Shown: positions 37,657-50,949, counted from the whole stretch's first letter. The stretch: 63,441 bases of DNA, filler included, from Kipferlia bialata (GCA_003568945.1; 4 parts of 4 records of this genome joined end to end with filler, not necessarily neighbours in it); one strand, 5' to 3'. Numbers and translations: made by a program. Notes: generated by a model from the sequence alone, not told the origin.

Positions 37657-40600
37657 GTCCAGACATGGGAGTGTACGCCGGCACCTACAACGGCTCTGAC
37701 TACACCACCCAGTGCCCTACCTACGGGGTGTGCATTGGATACATCGGTGCACTGGAGATCTTAGTGGGACAGGAGGTATGCTATGAATAGATAAGTGTAT
37801 ATATAGTAATATGTACTATATATACTATAGTGTGTGGTGTGCTATGGATACATCGGTGCACTGGAGATCCTAGTGGGACAGGAGGTGTGTATTCGTGTGT
37901 ACCACTGGCAAATGTCTATTGTAAAGTAGACTACCATAGTACTATATATACTCTCAATTGTTCATAGTTCGGGGTGCGTAGTACCACTCCCCCCCCCCCC
38001 GCTGACCTGGACTTCTTCCTCTATTTATCTTCTCTCTTTCTTCACTCTACCCCTATTTTCACCCATAGGACTACGTTGTGGCCTCCAACGTTGACGGACT
38101 ATACACCCAGACAGAGGCGACAGCCCAGGTATATGCAAAACTGTTTATACATGTACATATTGAGTACATGCATATAATGTGTGAATATATAGAGCATATT
38201 TGTATTTTTGCTGGATTGTACAACCAGCAAAGAGCATATATATATATTCTGTATGACTAAGTGTATAGTGTCTGTATACCCAGACAGAGGAGATGGAGTA
38301 GGAACACACATACGTATGGATTATTACCGACAATAGGGGTGTTGGCAAAATCAACAAATGAATCCGTCAAACAAACCTTGATTGTAGGTTCGATTGACGT
38401 TGCAATAAATGCCTTGTTCTCCGCTGGTGTGCTATGTCAGAGCCTCCTGGCCGTGATCTAGAGCAAGAGTCACTTGATGATGTCATCAGGAGCGTCAGTG
38501 AGGATGATGCCCTCGCTTTCGTAGGGGTACGTACATGATCTACTCTTTCTGCTGCTATACACACACACCCTGACCCCAGCTCAACATCCGGAAGCGTAAG
38601 CACATCCCAGACTGGCTTAGGGCCCGTGCTATCTGGTGTGTGCTCATGCTCAACGTGAGTATGGCCACAGTTGCACTCACCTACCTCGTCTCGCCTCGCT
38701 CGGTGTATCGGTGGATTGCAGCCTACAGAGAGACTGGCTGTGTCTTCCCCACAGCCACAGGGCTTGCCTGCACTGGTAGGGGCTTGACGGATGAGCAGGA
38801 GCTGGGTCTGCTGGCGTGGATGAAGCTGAACCCTGTCAGTCTACTCACTGAGGCCGCCACTTTCATCAACGCCACATACAACATCAAGCTACATACGTGT
38901 ACCATCAGCTGCATCCTGGCGAGGCACAAGTGGACTCGGCACGCTGTGCAGCGCCATGCGAGGCAAGTCAAGCTATCTGAGATCCGCCGTTACTGGTTTC
39001 AGATGAATGCCCTCCGTGTGCCCCTCGAGCGCCTTGTGTTTCTCGACGAAACCGCTAAGGACATGCGTGACAGCCTACGGAAGTATGGTTGGGGTCCTAG
39101 GGGACAGCGTATCCATATCGTGGGCCACTTCGGTCGCGGCAAGAGGGTCAGCTGTCTGTGTTTCATGAGAGTGACAGGGGTGGAGGCTGTGTACATGACA
39201 TCAGGTATCTTCATTCTTCTTCAACTCAGCCCTCTCCCTAACCAGCTGCTTGCGCCGGTCAGCGATCTCTCTCTCCCACCTGGCGACAGTGCGACGGAGA
39301 CGGCCTAGGGTGAGGGAGGGGAGAGAGAGGGGTAGGTGATAGGGGAGAGGGTGATGTACCTGACAACACGGAACAAGATGGTGAGTGTTGCCCTGCATGG
39401 GGAGGAGGGTACATATCTGGTATCATCGACAAGCATACCTGTTATCTCCTCCTCCATGTCCTCCCTGACATAGACCATGCAGGCAATGCGCTTGGAGGCA
39501 GGGGCCCTCAGTCTCTCCTGGGCGACACTGAGCGCGCCCTGAACAGAGGCGAGCTTGTCGCCGACATCAGCGAGGCCGGTGAGGTACCCCATCCACTCAC
39601 TGGGGGGGGAGTCGAGGATGCGCAGGGACTCGGCGTCGGTCTTGGCCTCGGACATGATCCGCGCAAGGTCTGTGATGAGGAAGCCCTGCAGATTGGGAGG
39701 GGCCTTGCTGATGAGGACAGAGAACCTCTGCTCGACACAGTCCTTGCACTCCAGGAATGACCGGTAGCCGTTGGCGGTAGAACCGAGTCTCTGGGCCAGG
39801 CCCTCCCCAATCAGTCCCACCATGACGTCTTTCCCAGCCTCTAGGTCCGCTGTGGCATGGGCAAAGAGGGTAGGGGAGACCTGGGGTGAGTGTACAGTTA
39901 AAGATACGGAACTGTAAACCATCATCATCTCACCTTCTCAACAGGGTACCACCTGTAGTTCTTGTTCCTGCCCAGGCGGTACTGGAGGTGAACAATAAGC
40001 TCCTTGAGCCTGAGTGTGTCGCTCTCCAGGTGCTCATCATAGGACATGACGTCCTTGATCATGAGCTCCACCAGGTTGTAGAATTGGGCCATCTGGGTCT
40101 CATGAGCGTCCTCAGCCCGGACAGAAACACTTTTGACAGCCTTGGGACAGCTACCTCGGGTGTTGGACTTCACTACCAGGCATATACTCATAGTTACCGA
40201 CGAAAGAAGCTCTATTGCTGGTCTGCACAGACCCTTCATTTGACATTTTTGTTTGTCGACTTTGCCATTATTGGTGCAATCTGCAATACACTCTGATAAA
40301 TTCATGCAATATTAAAGAGAGATGTATAATGTGCAATACACAGTATTTATTTACCGGTGTGTATTACACACCGGTGGTACTTCACTCATCATTGACTCTT
40401 GTTGTAGTTTGTCTTCCTATCTTCCTCTCTTACCACTACTTTATTCTCTTCCTCTCTTACCTCAGGCCTTCATCGACGAGTACACTATCGGGGAGACTGC
40501 TGACTTCTACATCCTGGACAGTGACAGGTACATGTCACACAATATTGAAGTGTAGACATTCGTAAATGGCTGCTATTAGAGTAAGATCGTACCTGTATGC

Positions 40601-41261
40601 TGTGGCACTAATAATCATCTCACTTCAGCTGTGTTGATGTTGGTGGGGCATCCATCTGTGCCGTGACAGAGGATCAGGTAAATGTACTATGTATATACAC
40701 TTGGCATATGTCACTGTAATAATATGCACACCTACATATATACAGTGGATTATCTGTGCAGTAACAGAGGGTCAGGTATGAGGTATATGTATGCGCATGT
40801 GTATATATACTCACGCTCTTTGCCTTACCCTCAGTTTGAGATTGTCGACCAGGTCACCACTGGTGCACTTGTGCTAGTGGGAGCAGCAGCAGCATGTAAG
40901 TATCATATATATAGTGTATATTCCTACAGTCTTCGCTGCGTTGCATCATTAATTACTTTCTGTAACTGGTGATATGTAGGGGCTGCAGTAGCACGTAATT
41001 GGCCATAGTATACACCCTATACTCTAATAGATACCATACTTAACTTCTGGCGCTGACCCCATGTGTGGTTGTCAATATCCTGTTCTGCGTGTGTCTCTGC
41101 AAGTGCTTCTCGAGTGCCAGCAAGAGGCAGAACGACATGATGCAACAGGTATACTTAACTGTATGTGTCTGGAGTATACATAACATGCTCTCTACTGTAT
41201 CTCTTCAGAGTAGACAAACACCTGCGAGAGGGAGTGGATGATCTGACCCCTTCTGTTTCTC

Positions 41262-41302
<41 letters not shown>

Positions 41303-41540
41303 ATCCCCAGCAGATGTTCCGTGGCTCCCACATGGTCGTCAACAGCCAGGTATTGTATGGAAGTTATTGTATACTATGTAGTTCATGTTGCATATAAACC
41401 AATATATTTTAGTATATTCATCCGGTCGTCAACAGCCAGGTATGGCTCTCCATAGTCAAGAGCGTATACTTACTCTGTCAGTCACATACATTCACTCATA
41501 TCAGCTACCCATGCAGCAGTCCGTGCCTGTGTCGTTCTAG
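37086..41540 (+). CDS. Hypothetical membrane protein (N- and C-terminal hydrophobic helices), interrupted by an intronic transposon
   Basis: Exons read MTCSK...LVKAV|SDSYTLETGTVV|DMGVYAG...VGQE|DYVV...ATAQ|(element)|AFIDEY...DSD|SCVD...EDQ|FEIV...AAAA|LALTPCVVVNILFCVCLCKCF...QQ|MFRGSHMVVNSQ|LPMQQSVPVSF*. One acceptor (~41044) is not canonical. Confidence 0.6.
38434..39204 (+). pseudogene. IS630/Tc1-like DDE transposase, one intron, truncated before the second catalytic Asp
   Basis: It has HTH regions (VSPRSVYRW; LHTCTISCIL) and LVFLDET...YGWGPRGQR...RGKRVS. No DN or E motif follows MTSG. Confidence 0.8.
39201..40191 (-). CDS. Spliced accessory/cargo ORF of the transposon, unknown function
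   Basis: Exons read MSICLVVKSN...WYPVEK|VSPTLFAH...EEEIT|GQHSPSCSVLS|GRLRRTVARWERE...NEDT*. Codon usage is GC3-rich, and the stop overlaps the end of the transposase fragment. Confidence 0.6.
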
Positions 41541-41722
41541 GCACTCCGGCTATGGGTAACGGAGACGATAGGTTACACCCGCCAATGAGAGTAGAATGAC
41601 GATTTCAGAAACTGAATAGATAGGATGTGAGGAATCCTCACTGAGGATGATACGGTATGCGACATACTATCAGAGTGAGTACTGTGATACTCGCAGTGTG
41701 AGACTCATAAGTTGTCAAACTG

Positions 41723-41822
41723 NNNNNNNNNNNNNNNNNNNNNNNNNNNNNNNNNNNNNNNNNNNNTTAATTAATTAANNNNNNNNNNNNNNNNNNNNNN
41801 NNNNNNNNNNNNNNNNNNNNNN
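41723..41822. other. Artificial contig spacer
   Basis: N-run with TTAATTAATTAA linker. Confidence 0.98.
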
Positions 41823-41951
41823 CACCACATTCAAGGACCCCCCCCCCCCCCCCCCCCCCACACACACACTGTCTCTCCTCCCCCAACGTCGTTTTGAACC
41901 CCCTACATTGTATCAGTATCTCCTTACTCACCTCCCCTTCTCACCTCTCAG

Positions 41952-44656
41952 AAGAACCAGGCACTTGTGGATGCTCTCCCCAGGGCATTCAAGGAGGGGT
42001 GAGTTGTAATGTATATATATATATGTATTTACCAGCACCCACTATGAGCTTCAGTCACAGGTACTATTATCGTTATGAATGCTATGCTGTTCCCCTCTCC
42101 TCACCCTCAGCGACGGCCCCTTCCACTACTCAGACATGGCTACTGAATCAGACGTGGCCAACTACGTCTGCACAAACGAGTTCTCATACTACCACTACCG
42201 TACGTAATTACCAATGCTTCTTGCCCCTCTAGTGAGTTCCTGGGTCAAAATGCAGTGATTTGTATACCATGTCTCAGAGTACATGTCTTGTTTGCAGTAC
42301 AGAGATGGTTAAGGTCATCAGTGCATGTGTATATATATCATATACTCTGACTACTTCCCATTTCCTCTCACCCCAGAGATGCTCAAGGTCAAAGTCATCA
42401 ATGTATGTGTGTTGATATATGTATGTATATGTCTATACTCTGCCTCTCTATGTTTCCTCTCACCCCAGAGATGCTCAAGGTCAAGGTCATCTGCAACAAG
42501 GCCAGTAGGTTCAACCACAGCTGCGAGCCCAATGCCTTCAGGTCAGGAGACACACTCATGTAGTGATGTACAGTGATACATACACTGAGTGATATCAATT
42601 ACGTGCTATCCCTCACCCCCCAGTCAGTACGACATCGACAAGAAGGTCCTGAACATACACGCCATCCACAACATCAAGGTGTGGGGTGGGATCGGTTCTG
42701 GTATTGCCACTAAGCAATTGTTATGGGGTATACGCATAATGAGCACTCGTTTGGTCTGACCGCAGGCCGGGGACGAGATCCTCATCAACTACGTCCAGCC
42801 TGAGATGCCAACCAAGTGAGTCCATGCGATAGAATTTGGACTATATTTATGGAATGGCTAGGACTAGGACTGTATGGTATGATTCAGCATTGGGGTTAGA
42901 TCACACCTTATGCCAGGGAGCGCCAAGTACAGCTTGGCATGAGGGGGTTCCAGTGCCGCTGTGCCAAGTGCATGAGACCCAGGGCGGAGATCGAGGTATC
43001 TCTAGTGTAGTGTGTCATATCACGGTATGATATGGTAGAATAGGTAGACACTTTGTTTGTAGGAGTTGGGTATATCTAGAACTACATTGAGGAAGAGGTG
43101 ATTTGACTATTCAGAAACATATGCCGGAGAATATGTTGGTATTTCTCTCACCGCAGGTCTCCGATGCCCGTCTCCGTCGGTACCTGACCATCAGAACGGA
43201 GATGACCCAGGGGTTTGCGATGGGGGAGGCCGGACCCCCAGACAGCAATGACCAGGCGGTACGGATAGGATATATTCATATATAGGAGTTCTCTGGAGTG
43301 TTTCTCTATTCCATGTCACCTCTCCCACCTCTAGGCCACGGACAGGGTCAACAGGCGCAACCTGGCCCATACCAAGGAGGCCAGACAGATACTGGAGGCT
43401 GAGTTCGGGGACAGCCCCCACGCAGAGTCGGTGGGGATGCTGCATATATATATATGTATATGTATATTTGTGTGAATGTGTATGTATATCGTGTGACCCG
43501 GCTATTGGTTCACTTGTTTGAGATATGGATGGTGTCTGTACATATTTGTATACTTTCAAGTCTGCACCGTCGTCTTCCCACACCCCAGTCTCACCCCAGC
43601 TCCTGTGCTTCTTCGGCTTCCAGAACGCCCTCGACACCCATGTAAGTCTGTCGAGTCACCGCTTCAAACACCGTATTCTACGCGATGATAGTCCAGTGTA
43701 TGCTCATCCTATTGACTTCAGAACCACCCCCTTGCCCGCACCCACCTGAGGAAGGGGTTGGCCGCCAAGCTCCTGTGCGAGGGAGACCATGCCATTACAC
43801 GGTGGGTTGGGTGTTGCAGTGTAATATGTATAGTACACCCCTATCCATCACCCCTAGTCTTACAACAGGGAGTGGAAGGAATGGTCCAAGGTGCCCGGCA
43901 AGTACACCCTGGCCCAGGTAGAGTAATAGTCAGTATGGAATCCAACGACCTATACTATGGATATATTAACATATACATGCCCATGTATATACTGTAGTCT
44001 CACTTGTGCAGATGTGCCGGTCTGGTATGATGGATGCACTGCCCCCTGAGCACAGAGAGGTGCTGACCAAGTGCCTGCTCATGGGTGGGTGGACATGGAT
44101 GAATATATACATGCTGGATACTTCTTGTCACTATACAGTGTTTGTTCCCACTCCCAGGTATCCAGATGCCTGCTTTTCCCCAGGAAAGGCGGGGTGCACC
44201 GCAGACTAAGGAGTCGAAGGTGGGGCGCTTCGTAGATACATCTGCTCCCTACTGTCCTGCCCTAACCCCAGCGCATTGACAAGCAGTTTGCCAAGGGGAT
44301 GGCCAGGGCTAGATCCCCACCCCGCTCTGCTAGATATCAGTGCACGGTGGACTCACTCACTAAGGTAGGGTACATGCGTGTATGTGTATACGAGTGTGTA
44401 CTCAATGTGAATCAGTGACCAACCCCCAGGGTATGACCCAAGAGGAGATCCTAAGGGACCAGCGAGACGAAGAGGAGAACAGGACGATCAGGTGCCTCAA
44501 CATGCATCAATCAATGCATAGATGATATATTCCTGGGTGATGCTTTGTCTCGGGTCTCACTCTCGGCAACGCAGTGCTGGACTCCATCAAGAGAAGAAAG
44601 AGGTGATACATGACCATGACCCATGGAACCACCGTCTGAGACCAAGGAGCAAATGA
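41952..44656 (+). CDS. SET-domain lysine methyltransferase (SMYD/SET5-like), 5'-truncated
   Basis: Spliced motifs are ASRFNHSCEPNA, AGDEILINY and post-SET GFQCRCAKC, followed by a helical TPR-like region. The 3' end is approximate. Confidence 0.85.
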
Positions 44657-44971
44657 TATTGAGTATTCCTTTCCATTCCCCCTCCGTTTTAATGCTCGAG
44701 TTCACTAGGAACGTTAATAGCGTAAAGGGTACTGGTAATGAGCCACTGGTTCTCAGGAGATGTGTCACCTAACATGTAATTGAGAATATATTGCAACTCT
44801 CCTTTTCAGTGATTTACAAGATCCATAAGTCGTACTCCATGAGACTCTCATGATGAGAGTATCTATTATCCAAAGGCCACATTACCAAACGTTCAGAGTG
44901 ATGATATGCCCTGGACTATGTAATTGGATACTGTCTAACCAAGAGAATGAACTACTAGAATCATGTTCCCT

Positions 44972-47900
44972 TCAGTCCTCAACGGGACACATATCCATCC
45001 ACACGTCCTCGAAGTATGACCTGAGGGGGATGCACTGCAGGGTGTCAGCTGGGGGTGAGGGGGTGAATAGACCTCTGGACTCATATGCAAATAGAGCATG
45101 GACTCTAACTGCACAATGGAAAGTAGACAGTCATGCCATACCTACGGGTTCTCCTCCCATCTTGTCACTGTAGTTTGTGAGCACAAACCCTGCCAGGCCC
45201 TCATATGCCTCACGGAGAGAGGCCTCGCTAGAGGGGCTGATGTCCTAAAGTCAATCAGAAACATCAGAGCACAGGGTCATCAATGCGTCTGCCCCGTGAA
45301 TGGTTATAATGTTAGTATACAGCATGTATTGATGATGAAGTAATACTAATAAGAATGGATTCATTATACACCCACCTTTCCCAGGCACATGAATGCCCTC
45401 ACCGTCGCCCCCTCCTTGACTAGGCCTCTGTACAGGGCAGCGTGCATCTTGCCTGCCTTGGACTGGGGGGTGGCTGTCACGTGGATGCGGGAGGCAACCA
45501 CGACGTGTGGCACATCTGTAAGGGCCTACAGTTAGAGTCTAACTTAGAGTCCAACACTACAGGAAATGCAATTGCTATCATAATACACATCAAGCATGTA
45601 TTGCAAGGGAGGCGAGACCCACCTTCTTGAGAGCACTGGGAGACTTGACCCCACAGATGTCTATCACCTCAAGGGAGAGCTCTCGAAGGCAATCACAGAA
45701 GCTCTCGTGTCTAGTAATGCCGATGTCTGGCAGGTACACAACCATGCACTCCTTGGGGGGCATGGTCTAGGGTCAGTGAGAACAATACAGATGACACACT
45801 CAACGGCACATACAACCAAGACGTGTCTCAGTGAGGAACTAATAGACATCTGGAAAAGCAATACTCTAAAGATAGTTACTCACACATATCGGGAACTCAG
45901 CCGTCATGAAATGAATATCAATCACTCCTTGATAGATTATCAGAGTCGTACCATAGCCCGGAACTCCTCGTGTAGTAACTGTGATACCATGCGCCCTGCA
46001 GGTGGTAGGTTTTGGATCTTTCCCAGCAGGGCCTCTATGGTCTCTCCGTTTAGAACCAGACATGACCCGTACACCTTCTCTTCACCTGAGGATGAGGTAT
46101 GGCTGAACATAACCAACCAACCAACGACATATTGAATAACTACAATCTATATATAGAGGGAACACACCATACTGGAAGCGACGGGCAGTGGTATGGTCAG
46201 TGGTCAAGCGGTCAACACTCACAGATGACATGTTGGCCGCCACCTTCAGGTGGTCGGCGAGGTGATCGTGGAGTTTGCGAGTCTGGAGTGACACACTTAT
46301 GGGACAAAGATGAGTCGGCAGACTGAATTTGTATCTTGTTCACTTATAGTTTCCACCCACCAGTCCTAAGATGGATTCCCTCTCGGCCTTTGCCTCCTCG
46401 GGGGAGCTGCCCATGGAGCACAGGAGAGCCTAATCGATAAGAGTGCACTATTCATAATGTACTGCTAGGATAGGTTCTAGTGCGGTCCTTACCTTCCTTG
46501 AAGAAGCCTTCAGCCTATGTGTGATTGGGAGTAACAGGGAGTGTGGTATGCCGGCGTCAAGACCGACAGTGAGTATACCACAACTCTGAATGAAGTTCTT
46601 GTTCTGATATTGGAGAAGAGTGGTGGTATTCTATAAATACATATAATACTTACGGTGTTTACACAATCCTTGACTTAATGGAGAGCAACAAGTCTGGAAT
46701 ATCAAAGACTCCCTCCAAATGTGTGTGTCCAGATCATACCAAAAACGTATATATAGTGCGTATACTATTCATACACTTCCGATGACATACTCATGCACAA
46801 CTCATATACAACGGGTCACGCACCGAGCTGCCCCTTGGGTCCCAGAGTGGACGCAGGACCTTCGAGCACTGCATGGTAGGCAGTCCAGCCACACGCTCAG
46901 CATACTCCATACTCATGGCGAGCCCAACTGTACAGGGACCATCGGTGTATTCGGGGGTGAGACAGGGTAGTATTTCAAGCAAACAGAGTTCAGCATGAAA
47001 CAATTGGTGCCACTGCATGTAATGATACATATTTACAGTGACGATTCACGCAGTACTGATTGTCAACGCTGAAATGACATACCTTCATTCACATCCCAGA
47101 TAGGGGTGAGGTCGGGAATCAGACGACAGGCAGCAATCACCTAGGATCAGAATTAATAATTCACTAAGACATCAACAGGATGTCAATTGCAGGAGGAAGT
47201 AACAACCTACAGGTTACTGTGAAGGAGGCTTGTGTGTATTACAATAATAGTATGTGAAATACAGAGATAATGATAATGATAATGACCTCCAGGTTTGTCA
47301 TGAACAAGAGTTCAACATAAGTGTGCTTGTAGGGAGTGGCCCTGTAGATGCTCTTCCCACAGAGAACGTCTGCCACTCTTTTTGCTGCAGGGAGGGGCTT
47401 CTTGCTGAAGGATATGTGGGTCATGGCTCTCCAGCCATCAATAGTAGCCTGAATCTCTGTAGTGTGAGACATCGCATTGAGAGGAACAATGGAGAGAGTA
47501 CGTAGGGATATACCATCCAGTGTGACTCTCTGCATCTGATAGAGTAGCATGTCACTCACCGCTGTCGGAGTAGTGGGCAGGCTGCATCTTGTCCTTGTGC
47601 TGGCTGATGAGATTGCGGAGCAGCGTGTCCTGTTGGGTAAGACAGATACGGTGCAGTATCTACAGACACCTGGCACAAAACAGAGCATAGTAAATACCCA
47701 AAGAATACTCACCGGGTTCACATCATAGTCACCCGTGCCAGCGTCGTACAGTGGATCATACTCCCCTGTGGGTAGGTACAAGGACAGTCCTAGTATACAC
47801 TATAACATAGAGGTAACAGTACTCAAATAACACAAGAACCTAAAACATATATATACCCAGGTCTGGCATACACCATGCAACCGGCGCAACATAGCCATAT

Positions 47901-50554
47901 ACAATATCCACAGATAAGTATAATAATGTATTGGGATGTAATTGCAACCTATACAATGTCCGTGACCCGAAGGGTCACGCTGCACTAGTAGACACAAATG
48001 TAGACTGAAGAATAGTTCAAATTCACACACCGACGGACTTCTGATGCGCAGTCTTGTTTGAGTAGAGGTCCAGATTGGTCTCATGTGCTCTTGGGATGGT
48101 CACCAGACACCTCTGGGATTAGAAAATAATGACAAGACGCCATTGCAATAGAATAGAACTCACTAATATACAATCGTACTACGAACCTCGCTCCTGTTGG
48201 CCACATCCCCAGTTGTGGGTATATGCCCCTCCACCTGCCAGGGCAGCTGCTGCAGGAGGGAATCAACGAAATGACGTCTTCTCTCTCTTGGACTCTTCCT
48301 TTGTGTCAATCGAACTTCGAAAGAGAAGAATGCACAGCGTGTATAGAGAGATGCTCAGATCAGTGACTCACCCCCTCCCCTTGTGCTCCAGCGCAGCCAG
48401 CACTGTCACACTGGCCCTGTGGTCCTCCACAGCCTGCCATAGCTGAGCCATGCGCGCGCCCCCCTCGGGTCCAAGATCAGAGACTGTGACCATGACAACA
48501 TCAAGACCAACCTGGACCTCACTGGGGGTCAGGGCAATGGCAGCATGATTACATATAATACACAATAGAGCAATATTATCGCAACTCAATATCAATTATA
48601 TAGTAATACTCTATGGTACTGAACAATTACTATCAATAGGCCATCGTGCAACGCAGGATGTTACTGGCATGTTTCAGTGCTCTCAACACCTTTCCAATAC
48701 CTCATATGATCCTAGACCTTTAGAGATTACCTTGCAATTCCACTCGAAATAGCGTCTACTGTGGTAGACAGACAGGTGGCCACGAGGCCGAGCTTTCTGA
48801 GTCCCCCCAGCATTGCTCTGATGGTAAGGTGAACACAGCATGACACACTTCATTGTAGAATCTGAACTGGGTAGGAAAACGTGGCGCTTGGTTATGTGGA
48901 TGCAGCACGCAAGGCTAAAGAATGAACTAACCCAGACTGTATCTCGTCACGTCTAAGTGGGAGAGCCATCACAGTTATGTGACGCTTCTCCCAGACCTCT
49001 CTCGGGGACAGACTTTCTGTCCCAGTATAAGTGTCAGAGTCAGAGTCGGTGTCGGCGTCGATGTCGGCGTCGGTGTCGGCGTCGGTGTCGGCGTCGGTGT
49101 CGGCGTCGGTGTCGGCGTCGGTGTCGGAGTCGGAGTCGGAGTCGGTGTAGGGGGCAACATCATCACTGGGCAGGAAGAAAGTGGGGTTGGGCTTGATCTC
49201 CAGCAGATCACAGACCTTCATCATGCTACCTCCCCTGTGGTGAGTGTATACATTATATATATACTATACAGATAGATTGACAGAAAGTGGAAATGGCTCC
49301 ACTTAGCTACAATAGATGGTCGTTACCTAGTCGTCATACGATTCAACAGAGTAAAGGCCTTTCTGCTCTTGTCAACTCCCTGAGTTTAGATATATTGGTG
49401 TATTAGCATATAGAGAATCAGAAATGTGGTTGAATTATGGTACTCAGTATATTCTCTCTCGATGAGTTGTTGAACGTATGAATAATACTACTTCCATTAT
49501 ATAGATGAACCCAGAATACTAAATAGACATAAACTGAATGGTACCACAAAACCTTTAGACTCATAAGAAGTGGACAAGAGAAGTCAGATGAGCTATAGAG
49601 TGTATATTGGGTACATCCTTCGACAGTCATTACTTACAACAGCAAACGTCCACACAGAGAATATACTCTATTTTTGATCACCTTCAGTGTCAGATTGATT
49701 GGGCCATAGAAGAAGTCAGTGAGGACATTGACCCTAGTTCCGGCCGGTCCACAGGCTGCAACCTTGTCGTACCTCCTAGCATAAGAGAAGAAGACATCAT
49801 TAGAAGACAGGTAATACCACTGTGGGGCATTTCATAACCAACTATACACTGTTCACATAATTCATGTACTAATACATCCCTCTAGTGGCTCTCCAATCAA
49901 TCAATGCTATATCTAATTCTCAAAAACAACCTAGCTATTCCACATGTCACTTACCAAAGACAGAGCATGCCAAGAGCCTGTGCCACCCTTCTTGAGACGG
50001 CACGCATAGCGGGGTCAGGGTTGAAGAAGACAACACCCTGGAATGATGAGTATTAATATAGAATAATTATATATCCAAACGCAATTCCACGCGTTATGTT
50101 CACAATACAAAGACAGAAGGTGATTTACCGCTGTGTGCTTGATATGGGGATAAGCACTAGTTCTCACAGCCTAACGGGATAAAAGTACCTGAAGAGACGA
50201 CAACAATATGATACATACATTCTAGACAATACCACTTAGTGACCTCAAGGATATACATATATATACAATATTAAATGTACAACACACTATCATCCATTCT
50301 CATGATACAATACCTCCATTGAGCTCTCTGCGGCCACATGCCCCCGTGCTCTTCTCATGGCGATAGTGTACTCGTATATAGGCATCAGACACTGAACGGG
50401 ATCACGCCTGACAGACTCCTATGCGTGAGAATGCATCAGAAAATTGTATGCATAAATATATCGAAAGAGACAGAGAGAAACAGGGTCTCTCAGAGAGAAG
50501 AACAAGAGTGACAGGTCCTGTATATTCGTGCATAATCCATTCAGCAATTTATGA

Positions 50555-50592
<38 letters not shown>

Positions 50593-50902
50593 CAGACACA
50601 TTATAGACGATCGGCACCACCGTAAGTGGAAGCTGGGGATCTTAGTACAATTCACGTACCTGAGACAACAGAATTATACACCCATAGTCGGGAACTGTGT
50701 ACACATCTTCAGTGAGGAGTGCAGCATGAGACACAGCAACCGATCCACAGAGGCTGCTGAGGCGGGAGACCTGTGGGGTAAGGACGTGTAGAGGTGACGA
50801 AGCAACAAGGTGTGGTTAAGGGGGAAGTGTAGGACTTGAGGGTCTTGAAGGGGAGGGAGGAGAGAGAGAGAGAAAGAGAAAGAGAACGAGAAAGGTAGGT
50901 GA

Positions 50903-50949
<47 letters not shown>

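Larger units (their letters stand above)
38324..40286. mobile_element. IS630/Tc1-mariner-type DNA transposon, internally deleted, two convergent genes
   Basis: Imperfect terminal inverted repeats: TTACCGA...TGGCAAAATCAACAAATGAATCCGTCAAA on the left and the reverse complement TTGCAGA...TGGCAAAGTCGACAAACAAAAATGTCAAA on the right, with the same spacing. The element is flanked by TA at 38322-38323 and 40287-40288 and contains a transposase. Confidence 0.65.

Noticed and set aside
39201..40191. Transposon ORF2 as a Fanzor/TnpB nuclease
   Set aside because: No RuvC motifs or zinc finger are visible. The ORF may be 3'-truncated, so this is unsupported rather than excluded.
45596..46135. 179-aa plus-strand ORF
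   Set aside because: It is antisense to gene B exons that align with gene A.
48957..49275. (PT)n, (VG)n and (RCRR)n ORFs
   Set aside because: They are alternative frames of the hexamer repeat; only the acidic frame fits the surrounding exon.
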